This document shows, one piece after another, positions 38,518 through 48,898 of a stretch of 64,000 nucleotides of DNA. A model generated the notes under the pieces. The model had not been told where the DNA came from and made no database searches. It saw nothing but the letters and a program-made list of their open reading frames with translations. This DNA comes from Myxococcales bacterium (GTDB lineage Bacteria; Myxococcota_A; UBA9042; JABWCM01; BTVJ01). Location: NCBI GenBank assembly GCA_045863395.1, contig BTVJ01000005.1, forward strand, positions 141,220 to 205,219, written 5' to 3'. Numbering within the stretch: the stretch's first letter is position 1; every line of letters begins with the position of its first letter. A program made the position numbers and the translations under genes.

Positions 38518-39960
38518 CTACTGCTGGAGCACTGCGGCGGCGCGGCGGAAGCGATCCTGGCACAGGGCCTTGCCCATGGCCTCCATGGTCTCGAACAGCG
38601 GGGGCGACGCGACGCGCCCCGTGACGAGGACACGGATGGTCATGAACAGGTCGCGGACCTTCCAGTCCGGGTTCTTTTCGGGCCAGGCGCGCAGCACGGC
38701 CTCGATCTCCGCCGTCTTCCACCGGTGGAGCGCGTCGAGCTGCTCCCCGATGTCGCGGACCATGCGGTAGGTGTCCGCCTTGTCGTGGCCCTTCTTGGGG
38801 ATGAGCTGCTCCGCCGTCACGGCCACGTCCGTGGTGAAGAAGAAGTCCGCCAGGGGCACGAACTCGTCGAGGCGCCGCATGCGCTCCTGCACGAGCGGCA
38901 TGATGCGTGCCATCAGGTCCGCGTCGAACACCTCGGCCAGGACCCGCGCCCGGAGCTCCTCGGGCGACAGGTCGCGGATGTAGTTCCCGTTGAGCCACTC
39001 CAGCTTCTCGATGTTGAAGACCGGCCCGGACAGGCTCATGCGCTCCCAGGTGAAGGCGCCGATCATCTCGTCGAGGGTGAACTTCTCCACGTCCCCGGGC
39101 ATGGACCAGCCCATCATCGCCAGGAAGTTGAGCATCGTCTCGGGCAGGAAGCCGGCCTTGCGAAAGAACTCCAGGCTCACCGGGTTCTTGCGCTTCGAGA
39201 TCTTGCTCTTGTCCGCGTTGCGCAGGAGCGGCATGTGGACGAAGGTCGGCGGCTCCCAGCCGAAGGCCGCGTAGAGCATCAGGTGCTTGGGGGTCGACGG
39301 GATCCACTCCTCGGCGCGGATCACGTGGGTGATCTCCATGAGGTGGTCATCGACGACGTTGGCCAGGTGGTAGGTGGGGAAGCCGTCGGACTTGAGGAGC
39401 ACCTGGTCGTCGATCTGCTCGTTCTCATAGGCGATGGCGCCCCGGAGCAGGTCGTTGACGACCGTGACCCCCACGCCGGGTGTCTTCAGGCGCACGACGT
39501 GGGGCTCGCAGGCGTCGAGGCGTGCGGCGACGTCCGCCGCGGACAGGTCGCGGCACACCCCGTCGTACCGGGTCGGCAGCTTCATGCGCCGCTGCTGGTC
39601 CCGGAGCCGGTCGAGGCGGTCGGCGGAGCAGAAGCAGCGGTAGGCCGACCCACCGTCGATGAGCGCCTGCACGTGCTCCCGGTAGAGGTGCGTGCGCTCG
39701 GACTGGCGGTAGGGTCCGTAGGGGCCGCCCACGTCGGGGCCCTCGTCCCAGCGCAGGCCGACCCAGTGGAGGCTCCGATAGATGGCCTCCTCCGACTCCC
39801 AGGTCGAGCGGGTCTGGTCCGTGTCCTCGATGCGCAGCACGAAGCGCCCGCCGTGGTGGCGCGCGAAGACCATATTGAACAGCCCGATGTAGGCGGTGCC
39901 CACGTGGGGGTCACCAGTCGGGCTCGGGGCAATGCGGACGCGCACTGGGCGGTCGGTCAT
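38518..39960 (-). CDS. gltX: Glutamate--tRNA ligase
   Basis: RIAPSPTGDPHVG, LRIEDTD, PTYHLANVVDD and KISKR motifs. Confidence 0.97.
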   Translation of the reverse strand: MTDRPVRVRIAPSPTGDPHVGTAYIGLFNMVFARHHGGRFVLRIEDTDQTRSTWESEEAIYRSLHWVGLRWDEGPDVGGPYGPYRQSERTHLYREHVQALIDGGSAYRCFCSADRLDRLRDQQRRMKLPTRYDGVCRDLSAADVAARLDACEPHVVRLKTPGVGVTVVNDLLRGAIAYENEQIDDQVLLKSDGFPTYHLANVVDDHLMEITHVIRAEEWIPSTPKHLMLYAAFGWEPPTFVHMPLLRNADKSKISKRKNPVSLEFFRKAGFLPETMLNFLAMMGWSMPGDVEKFTLDEMIGAFTWERMSLSGPVFNIEKLEWLNGNYIRDLSPEELRARVLAEVFDADLMARIMPLVQERMRRLDEFVPLADFFFTTDVAVTAEQLIPKKGHDKADTYRMVRDIGEQLDALHRWKTAEIEAVLRAWPEKNPDWKVRDLFMTIRVLVTGRVASPPLFETMEAMGKALCQDRFRRAAAVLQQ

Positions 39961-40011
39961 GTGTCCTCCTTGGAGGGTGCCGGCATCATCTACACCGAAG
40001 CTCCGCGAGGT

Positions 40012-40665
40012 TCAACCCATAGCGGCGAGCGCGTCGATGGCCCCCGTCATGCGCTCGGTGCGGAGCTCCGCCGCCCGGATCACGGCGAGCAGGTCCGCCA
40101 GTGCGGCCTCCAGCACCTCGTTGACGATGACGTGGCCGTAGTGGCGGGCCCAGCCGACCTCCTCCCGGGCGACCGAGAGGCGCCGCGCGACGGCCTCGGG
40201 GCTGTCCGTGCCGCGCCCCCGCAGCCGCTGCTCCAGCACGCGGAGGTCCGGCGGCAGCACGAACACGCTCACGGCGTCAGGAAAGGCCCGCATGATGGAC
40301 ATGCCACCCTGCACGTCGATGTCGAGCAGGACGTGGCGGCCACCACCTCGAATGCGCTGGATCTCGGCGCGGGAGGTGCCATAGCGGTGGCCATACACCT
40401 GGGCCCACTCTGCCATCTCACCTTGCGCGACGAGCCGATCGAAGGCCGTGTCGTCGACGAAGCGATACTCCACGCCGTCACGCTCGGCGCCCCGAGGGGC
40501 GCGCGTCGTGTGCGAGACGGAGAGGTCCACGTCGCCGCGGCGCTCGCGCAGGAGCTTGATCAGCGTGGACTTGCCGCCACCGGACGGGGCGGACACCACG
40601 ATGATCAGCCCAGGCGGGCGCTGGCCGGACGTGTTCGGGGGCGACCCGGGCACCGTCAAGCTCAC
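40012..40665 (-). CDS. gmk: Guanylate kinase
   Basis: [21 protein letters not shown] and LDIDVQG motifs; GTG overlaps the remA stop (start uncertain). Confidence 0.95.
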   Translation of the reverse strand: MSLTVPGSPPNTSGQRPPGLIIVVSAPSGGGKSTLIKLLRERRGDVDLSVSHTTRAPRGAERDGVEYRFVDDTAFDRLVAQGEMAEWAQVYGHRYGTSRAEIQRIRGGGRHVLLDIDVQGGMSIMRAFPDAVSVFVLPPDLRVLEQRLRGRGTDSPEAVARRLSVAREEVGWARHYGHVIVNEVLEAALADLLAVIRAAELRTERMTGAIDALAAMG

Positions 40666-40958
40666 TTGTCGGCGACCTCTTCGTCGACCTCGCCGCCCTT
40701 CTTGCCGTTGTTGCCGAAGCGCTGGGCGACGGTCTCGGCCTGGACGGCGGACAGGACGACGTGGTCGCTGTCCATGACGATGATCGACCGGGTGCGACGC
40801 CCCTGCGTCGCGTCGAGGAGGCGGGCGCGCTCCTTGGCGTCCTCCTTCAGGCGCTTCATGGGCGCCGATGACGGCGTCACGATGGCGATCACACGGTCGG
40901 CGACGACAAAGTTGCCGTAGCCGATGTTCAGTAGGGGATTCTTCATTGACTGTGCCAC
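40662..40958 (-). CDS. remA: DUF370 / RemA-family protein
   Basis: [27 protein letters not shown] and LSAVQAET motifs; conserved yicC-DUF370-gmk synteny. Confidence 0.9.
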   Translation of the reverse strand: MAQSMKNPLLNIGYGNFVVADRVIAIVTPSSAPMKRLKEDAKERARLLDATQGRRTRSIIVMDSDHVVLSAVQAETVAQRFGNNGKKGGEVDEEVADK

Positions 40959-40961
40959 TCC

Positions 40962-41855
40962 TCACTCCAGGTTCATGACCTGCTCCCGGATCCGCTCGAC
41001 CTCGCACCGTGCGTCGATGCAGAGCCTCGTGACCGAGAGCCGCCCCGATTTCGCGGCGATCGTCGCCGTCTCCCGCTGCATCTCCTGAGCCAGGAACGCC
41101 AGGCGGCGCCCCACGGGCTCACCATCCACCAACCCGAGCAGGGTCACGGCTTCGTGCGCGTGGGCGCGAAGTCTGACGATCTCCTCGGTGATATCCGCTC
41201 GATCCGCGATGAGGGCAAGCTCTTGTTCCATTCGCCTGTCCGCCGGTCCCCCATCCAACCCGGCGGTCAGCTCCCCCCAGCGCTCGGTCAACCGCTGGCG
41301 TGCGTCGAGGCGGCCAAGCTCGGCCTCCCCCTCCAGCAACTCCGTCAGCGCGATCAGCGTCGACGCGCGCCCCTGCAAGTCGAGCGCCAGGCGCTCGCCC
41401 TCGGCGGCCCGCGTGGACACGAGCTGCTCACAGGCGACCGCCAGGGCTCCCAGGAGTGGCCCGCGCACACTCGCGAGCGCGGGGCCGCCCTCCTCGATGC
41501 GGATCAGGCCCTCCAGCGAGACCAGAGCATCGAGAGTGACATCCCCCTCCAACTTCAGCTCCGCCCGCAGGCGGCGGAGCACCTCTACGACCGACGCCGC
41601 GAGGGTCTCGTCGACGACGACACGCACCGAGGAGGCTCCGCCGTCCTCGGGACGCACGAAGACCTCCACTGAACCGCGCTGCACGTGGGACCGCACGAGG
41701 GCCCCCATCTCCGGCTCCAGCGCGAGGAGCTCCCGAGGGAGCCGCAGCTTGATGTCCAGGCCCTTGTGGTTCAAGGCGCGGACCTCAACCCGGTACGGGA
41801 TGCCCGTCGCCTCGACGGAGGCCGCCCCGTAGCCGGTCATGCTGCGCGTCGTCAC
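40962..41855 (-). CDS. yicC: YicC/YloC-family endoribonuclease
   Basis: RSMTGYG, DITEEIVRL, GRRLAFLAQEMQRE and IREQVMNLE motifs; GTG 41855 with AGGAG RBS. Confidence 0.92.
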   Translation of the reverse strand: MTTRSMTGYGAASVEATGIPYRVEVRALNHKGLDIKLRLPRELLALEPEMGALVRSHVQRGSVEVFVRPEDGGASSVRVVVDETLAASVVEVLRRLRAELKLEGDVTLDALVSLEGLIRIEEGGPALASVRGPLLGALAVACEQLVSTRAAEGERLALDLQGRASTLIALTELLEGEAELGRLDARQRLTERWGELTAGLDGGPADRRMEQELALIADRADITEEIVRLRAHAHEAVTLLGLVDGEPVGRRLAFLAQEMQRETATIAAKSGRLSVTRLCIDARCEVERIREQVMNLE

Positions 41856-41905
41856 TGCAAGCTCCTGAAACCGCGACAATTTCCGCAGCGCCAAGCCGGA
41901 GGGGG

Positions 41906-41934
41906 ATAGTAGCAACGCGCCTCCGGGGATTCAA
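41906..41934 (-). promoter_or_regulatory. Putative sigma70 promoter for yicC-remA-gmk
   Basis: Minus strand TTGAAT-N17-TACTAT with an extended TG. Confidence 0.55.
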
Positions 41935-42101
41935 GCATTCCCGGCACGGGTGGAGCACCAATCGGCGGACGAACGAAACCGGATGACGTCGCGCCATCCT
42001 CTTGGACTTCCGGCGCTCTCAGACCGACTGGGGCGATCAGCGTGCCCCGGGGAGTCGGTTCGATTGCGGCGCTCGCTCGTGCTGTGCGTGACGGCGGCGC
42101 G

Positions 42102-43043
42102 TCACACCGAGAAGGGGTGCCGCTCGTACCAGGCGACGGTGGCGCGCAGGCCCTCCTCGAACGGGACCACCACCGTGTAACCCAGGTCGCGCTGCGCCCG
42201 CTCGATGTCGGCGAGGGAGTGGCGGATGTCACCAGGGCGCGCGGCCTGGAGGTCCGGCTCGATGTGCGTGCCCAGGATCTCGTTGAGGAGGTCCACGAGC
42301 TGGAGCAGGTCATACCGCACGCCGCACGCAACGTTGTAGATGTTGCCCGGCGCCGCGGGTGCGGTGCAGGCGAGCAGGTTCGCCTGGACCACGTTGTCGA
42401 TGTAGGAGAAGTCGCGGGACTGGAGTCCGTCGCCGTACACGATGGGACGGAGCCCCGCCTGCATGCGCGCGATGAAGCGCGGGATGACGGCGGCGTAGTG
42501 GGAGGCGGGATCCTGGCGCGGTCCGAACACGTTGAAGTAGCGCAGTGAAACGACCTCCAGGCCATAGAGCTGGGTGAAGACCTGGCCGTACATCTCTGCG
42601 ACGAGCTTCGTGATGGCGTACGGGGAGATGGGCGACGGGGTCATGGTCTCCACCTTGGGCAGGACCTCCGTCTCGCCGTACGCCGACGACGACGCCGCCA
42701 TGACGACGCGCCTGACCCCCGCGTCCCGGGCCGCAAGAAGGACGTGCAGCGTCCCGTTCACGTTGGCGTCGTTGCTGGTCAGCGGGTCCTCGATGGAGCG
42801 CGCGACGGACGGGACCGCCGCCTGGTGCAGGACGTAGTCCACGCCGGTGACCGCGCCGCGCACGGTCGCCAGGTCGCGGACGTCGCCCTCGATGATGGTC
42901 GCGCCCCTGGCGTCGGCGAGGTTCTCGCGGCGCCCCGAGGAGAAGTCGTCGAGGACCCGCACGTCGTGGCCGGCCGCCAGCAGCGCCGTGACCAGGTTGG
43001 AGCCGATGAAGCCGGCGCCGCCGGTGACGAGGAAGGTGGTCAT
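42102..43043 (-). CDS. NAD-dependent nucleotide-sugar epimerase (extended SDR, WbpP/GalE-like)
   Basis: TGGAGFIGS, HQAA, ASSSAYG, YAITK (YxxxK) and RYFNVFGPRQ motifs. Confidence 0.92.
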   Translation of the reverse strand: MTTFLVTGGAGFIGSNLVTALLAAGHDVRVLDDFSSGRRENLADARGATIIEGDVRDLATVRGAVTGVDYVLHQAAVPSVARSIEDPLTSNDANVNGTLHVLLAARDAGVRRVVMAASSSAYGETEVLPKVETMTPSPISPYAITKLVAEMYGQVFTQLYGLEVVSLRYFNVFGPRQDPASHYAAVIPRFIARMQAGLRPIVYGDGLQSRDFSYIDNVVQANLLACTAPAAPGNIYNVACGVRYDLLQLVDLLNEILGTHIEPDLQAARPGDIRHSLADIERAQRDLGYTVVVPFEEGLRATVAWYERHPFSV

Positions 43044-43074
43044 TGGTGCCCTCTCCGGGGGTTGCTGGCAACGC

Positions 43075-44436
43075 CTAGTCGGCGATCTCCCACGCCCGGT
43101 CGGCGAAGGTGTCAAGGATGCCGAGGTCGTCGGCCAGGTCGAGCACGGTGTAACGGGAGCGCATGTCGCGCGCTACGCGGACCGTCTCAGCGAGCGTCGT
43201 GGGGTCGATGCCGAGCGCGGCGGCGTGCACCGGCGCCCCCGCCTGGCGAAGGGCGGACTCGATGGCCGCCGCCGAGATCCCCGCGCGGGCGCGGATGTCG
43301 GGCCACCGCTCGACGAGGCGCCCCAGCAAGGCGCGGCGCTCCCCGGGGGGGCGGAACTTGGCCAGGGACTCCGCCACGACGCCGTCCACGATCTCGGCAG
43401 GCAACAGCGGGTGGCGGGCGCGCACCTCGCGCTCCCGCTCGGCAGGGGTCTGGGGACCGGCCGCCGCGAGGGCGTCCAGGTCCAGACGCTCGGCTGGCGT
43501 AGCCAGGATATCCTCGTAGAGGCGCCCCGTGATCACCGTGGCGACCCCGACCTGGAGGCCGTGAAGGGCACGAACCGGGCGCCCGGCGGCGTGCTCCACC
43601 ATGTCCCAGTAGTGGCTGATCAGGTGCTCCCCCCCCGAGGCCGGTGACGAGGAGCCGGCGAGAGCCATGCTGAACCCGCTGAGGAGCAGCGTCTCCGTCA
43701 GGCGATGCACCGCGGACGGCGTGCCCTCCCCGATGCCGCGCGCGTGGTCGAGCAGCTCGCGGAAGGCGCCGTCGAGCAGCTCGGCGGGGAGCGCGCACCA
43801 GTACTCGTCGAGCAGGGCGTGGGCCAGGTACCAGTCCCCGTTGGAGAAGGGCTTGGAGCACAGGTCCCCGAAGCCGGCCAGCCTGAGGACGCGAGGCGCC
43901 GCGGCGAGGACGTCCACGTCCGCGAAGACCGCGAGCGCCTGGCGCGCGGGGAGCGTGCGCTTGACGCCCCCCGACAGGATGGCGGCGATGGCGGACGTGT
44001 AGCCGTTCATGGACGGCGCCGTGGGGCACGTGATGTAGGTCAGCTCGGCCCGGTGCGCCGCGAGCTTCGCCACGTCGTTGACCGTGCCGGCGCCCGCGGC
44101 GACGACCAGGGACGGCCGCGCCGCGGCGATGGCGGCGAGCGCCCGATCCACGGTCTCGTCGTCGGCGGTGGGCGGGTGCCCGTGGTGATCGGGGAGCACC
44201 AGGGCCGACGTGGCGACGCTCGCGCCCTCGAGGAGTGCTACGATGCGATCACCGGCGGCCGCCATGGTGCGCGTGTCACCCACCACCAGCGCCGCTGCGT
44301 GACCCTGCGCGGCCACCCAGGCAGGGACTCGCTCCAGGGCGCCGGCCTCCACGTGGACCGCTCGGGTGCGCGTCACGTGGGCGCGGCCGCATGCACAAGG
44401 GAGCTGGCGATCCAGGATCGATGCGATCATGCTCAC
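43075..44436 (-). CDS. sn-glycerol-1-phosphate dehydrogenase (AraM/EgsA family)
   Basis: CACGRAH N-terminus, GAGTVNDVAK, PTAPSMNGYTS, GFGD, SSPASGGEHLISH and LHGLQVG motifs. Confidence 0.85.
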   Translation of the reverse strand: MSMIASILDRQLPCACGRAHVTRTRAVHVEAGALERVPAWVAAQGHAAALVVGDTRTMAAAGDRIVALLEGASVATSALVLPDHHGHPPTADDETVDRALAAIAAARPSLVVAAGAGTVNDVAKLAAHRAELTYITCPTAPSMNGYTSAIAAILSGGVKRTLPARQALAVFADVDVLAAAPRVLRLAGFGDLCSKPFSNGDWYLAHALLDEYWCALPAELLDGAFRELLDHARGIGEGTPSAVHRLTETLLLSGFSMALAGSSSPASGGEHLISHYWDMVEHAAGRPVRALHGLQVGVATVITGRLYEDILATPAERLDLDALAAAGPQTPAEREREVRARHPLLPAEIVDGVVAESLAKFRPPGERRALLGRLVERWPDIRARAGISAAAIESALRQAGAPVHAAALGIDPTTLAETVRVARDMRSRYTVLDLADDLGILDTFADRAWEIAD

Positions 44437-44508
44437 GGTCGGTCCCTCCGGCGAGGTGCGGCTGGATGATGTCGCGCCCGCCAGACGCTGTCAACGCAGG
44501 GAGGAGTC

Positions 44509-45132
44509 GTGGAGCCCTACGGATCCCTCGAGAGCGCCGTGCGAGCGCTCCTGGACCAGCACGAGTGGGTGGCGCTGGCCGCGCTGGCGCTCTCCTCGGT
44601 AGTGGAGTACGTGTTCCCGCCCTTCCCGGGGGACACGGTCACCCTGGCGGGCGCCGTCCTCGTCACGGGGTTCGGGTGGGCCTTCCTGCCCGTGTTCGCC
44701 GCGGTCACCCTCGGCTCCATCGCCGGCTCCGCCCTGGCCTTCGCCGCCGGCCAGTGGCTCTACCGCCGAGGCTTCCTGAGCCCGACCGAGGGCTCCCGCG
44801 CCAAGGAGGCCCGGGGCACCCTGCTGCGCCTCGTAGGGCGCTTCGAGCGCCACGGAGAGGCGTACCTCATCGTCAACCGCTTCCTGCCGGGCATCCGCGC
44901 CCTGTTCTTCGTGGCCGCCGGGCTCGCGCACATGCGCCTGAGCCGCGTGCTCTTCTACTCGGCGGTCAGCGCCACACTGTGGAACCTGGCCATCATGGCG
45001 CTGGGGCTGGCCATCGGGAGCAATCTGGAGGCCATCGAGCGCGTCGCGTCGAGCTGGTCCCTCGTCATGGGCGTGGTGATCGGGGCCGTGCTCCTCTACG
45101 TCACCGTGAGGTGGGTGCTGCGGCGCCGGCGG

Positions 45133-45141
<9 letters not shown>
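44509..45141 (+). CDS. DedA-family membrane protein
   Basis: VEYVFPPFPGD and RFLPGIR motifs with TM helices. Confidence 0.9.
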
Positions 45142-46455
<1,314 letters not shown>

Positions 46456-46580
46456 GTCATGCTCCCGTGGGCGCCGAGCGAATGCTTTTCGCAAGGCGAA
46501 CGCTATGATACCCTCACCGCCTCGCGTGGCCAACAGCCCCTGGTCCAATGGTCCCGGATGGGCTTGGAGGTGTGCTCCCG

Positions 46581-48872
46581 ATGTCAGGCAACTTCCCGCA
46601 ACAGTTCGGGAAATATTACCTCCTCAACAAGATCGCCCTCGGCGGCATGGCGGAGATCTTCCGCGCCAAGACCGTCGGGGCGGAGGGCTTCGAGAAGGAG
46701 CTGGTCATCAAGCGCATCCTCCCGCACTTCACGGAGGATGAGGCGTTCCGCTCCATGTTCATCGACGAGGCGCGCCTGGCGGCTCGGCTCGCCCACGCCA
46801 ACATCGTGCAGGTCTTCGACTTCGACCTCCAGGACGGCATGTACTACATCGCCATGGAGTACGTCGAAGGCAAGGATCTCAAGAAGATACAGGATACCGC
46901 GCGCAAGGCCGGCCGACGCCTGACGCCGGGCCAGATCGTGTGGATCATCGCCGAGTCGTGTAAGGGCCTCGACTACGCGCACAAGTACAAGCACAGAAAC
47001 GAGCCCATGCACATCGTCCACCGTGATGTGAGCCCGCACAACATCATGGTGAGCTACAACGGCGAAGTGAAGATCATGGACTTCGGCATCGCGAAGGCGG
47101 CGTCGCGGTACACGAAGACCCGAGCGGGCACGGTCAAGGGCAAGTGCGCCTACATGTCCCCCGAGCAGGCGAAGGGGGTCGAGCTGGACGGGCGGAGCGA
47201 CATGTTCTCCCTGGCGGTGGTCGCGTGGGAGCTGCTGACGGACAAGCGCCTGTTCGCTGGCGAGACCGACTTCGAGACCCTCTCCAACGTGCTGAAGTGT
47301 GAGGTGACTCCCCCGAGCTCCATCAACTCGGAGGTGCCCCCGGAGCTCGACGAGATCATCCTGAAGGCCCTGGCCAAGGAGCCGGAGGACCGCTACGCCT
47401 CGTGCGCGGCCCTCCACGACGCCCTCAACCGCTTCTACTTCACCCACGTCAAGCACGCCGACGAGGGGCGGCTCGAGCGGGTCATGCGGGAGCTGTTCGC
47501 GGCGGACCTCCAGACCCTGGCGGCCATGCAGGCCCAGGAGAGGACCACCTACATCGTCGCCGCCAGCAACCCGGGCATGGCGGCCGCGAGTGCGAACGAC
47601 CTGGCCGAGGCGCCCACCATGGCGATCCCGGCGAGCCAGGTGTTCGACAACGAGGCGAAGACCATGGCCGTGGACGCGGCCCAGATGCTCATGCAGCAGC
47701 GGGCCACCGGATCGAGCCGGCAGGTGGGGGCGCAGACGGGCTCCGGTGGGTTCGCGACACTCCCGGCGACGGGCACCCACACGGGGATGCCGCCGCGCCG
47801 CTCTGCCGCGGTCTACCTGCTCGTCGGGCTGCTGGCTGCCGCGGTGGCTCTGGCTGGGGTGTTCCTGTGGTTGGAGTACGGTGGCAATGGAGAGGCGGCC
47901 AAGGGGGGCACGGCCAGCGCCGGGACAGGAAGCAAGCCGACGTCGGGTGGGGAGCCTGGTGGCGACCCTGACAAGCCCGCGCCCCCGGTCGACCCGAAGA
48001 CCGGGACGCTGACAGTGGTCGCCGTCCCGTCGGAGGCGACGCTGTTCGTGGACGGCGAGCCCCTGGTCGGCGGAACGTTGGCGGACGTGCCCATCGGCAG
48101 GACGCTGGTCGTCCGCGCGGAGCACGACGGGCGCAAGGCGGAGCAGAGCGTCACCATGAGCTCGGTCGCACAGACCGTAAAACTGGAGGTGCCCGTCGCG
48201 ACCCAGGCGCCACCGGCGACCATCACCATCCAGGCGCCGGAGGACGTGCTCCTGCGGGTCGGAACGCAGGAGCTGGGCAAGGGCACCCAGAAGTTCACGG
48301 CCAAGGAGGGTGACGAGCTGCTGGTCGAGGCCTGGCGGGAGGGCGCGCCCCCCTTCAAGCGGCGGGTGACGGTCAGGAACGACGGGATGAGCGTGGTCAT
48401 CGAGGACTCGGAGGTCCCCCAGAAGAAGGTGCTGACGAAGGTGACCATCGAGGTGTCCCCGGCGGACGCGACCGTGACCGTGGACGGCCAGCCCGCAGCC
48501 CCCACCGACGGCAAGCTGACGCTGGAGCGGGAGCGGGGAGGCAAGGTCGTCCTGGAGGCGAGCGCCAAGGGCCACCGCGCCGAGAAGAGAGAGGTAGAGC
48601 TGAGCTCCGCCGAGGTCGCCGTCCAGCTCAAGCTGCGCAAGGAGTCCTCCGAGCCCGCCGTGACCGGGACGGGCTACGTCACGATCAACGCGAAGCCCTG
48701 GGCCAACGTGTTCTACAAGGGGCAGTCGCTGGGCCCCACCCCCGTGCGCCGCCGCCAGTTGCCCGCAGGCCCCCAGCGCTTCACCCTTGAGAAGTCCGGC
48801 ATCCGCAAGACGGTGACCATCGTCGTCGAGAAGGACAAGGAGGTCACCAAGCTGTTCGACATGACCAACTGA
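46581..48872 (+). CDS. Hanks-type Ser/Thr protein kinase with TM and PEGA-like extracellular repeats
   Basis: GGMAEIF, VIK, HRDVSPHN, DFGIAK, YMSPEQ and D-x-FS motifs; TM; C-terminal PWANV..LGPTP. Confidence 0.93.
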   Translation: MSGNFPQQFGKYYLLNKIALGGMAEIFRAKTVGAEGFEKELVIKRILPHFTEDEAFRSMFIDEARLAARLAHANIVQVFDFDLQDGMYYIAMEYVEGKDLKKIQDTARKAGRRLTPGQIVWIIAESCKGLDYAHKYKHRNEPMHIVHRDVSPHNIMVSYNGEVKIMDFGIAKAASRYTKTRAGTVKGKCAYMSPEQAKGVELDGRSDMFSLAVVAWELLTDKRLFAGETDFETLSNVLKCEVTPPSSINSEVPPELDEIILKALAKEPEDRYASCAALHDALNRFYFTHVKHADEGRLERVMRELFAADLQTLAAMQAQERTTYIVAASNPGMAAASANDLAEAPTMAIPASQVFDNEAKTMAVDAAQMLMQQRATGSSRQVGAQTGSGGFATLPATGTHTGMPPRRSAAVYLLVGLLAAAVALAGVFLWLEYGGNGEAAKGGTASAGTGSKPTSGGEPGGDPDKPAPPVDPKTGTLTVVAVPSEATLFVDGEPLVGGTLADVPIGRTLVVRAEHDGRKAEQSVTMSSVAQTVKLEVPVATQAPPATITIQAPEDVLLRVGTQELGKGTQKFTAKEGDELLVEAWREGAPPFKRRVTVRNDGMSVVIEDSEVPQKKVLTKVTIEVSPADATVTVDGQPAAPTDGKLTLERERGGKVVLEASAKGHRAEKREVELSSAEVAVQLKLRKESSEPAVTGTGYVTINAKPWANVFYKGQSLGPTPVRRRQLPAGPQRFTLEKSGIRKTVTIVVEKDKEVTKLFDMTN

Positions 48873-48898
48873 CCCCCCACCCTGCGAGCGCTTCGAGC

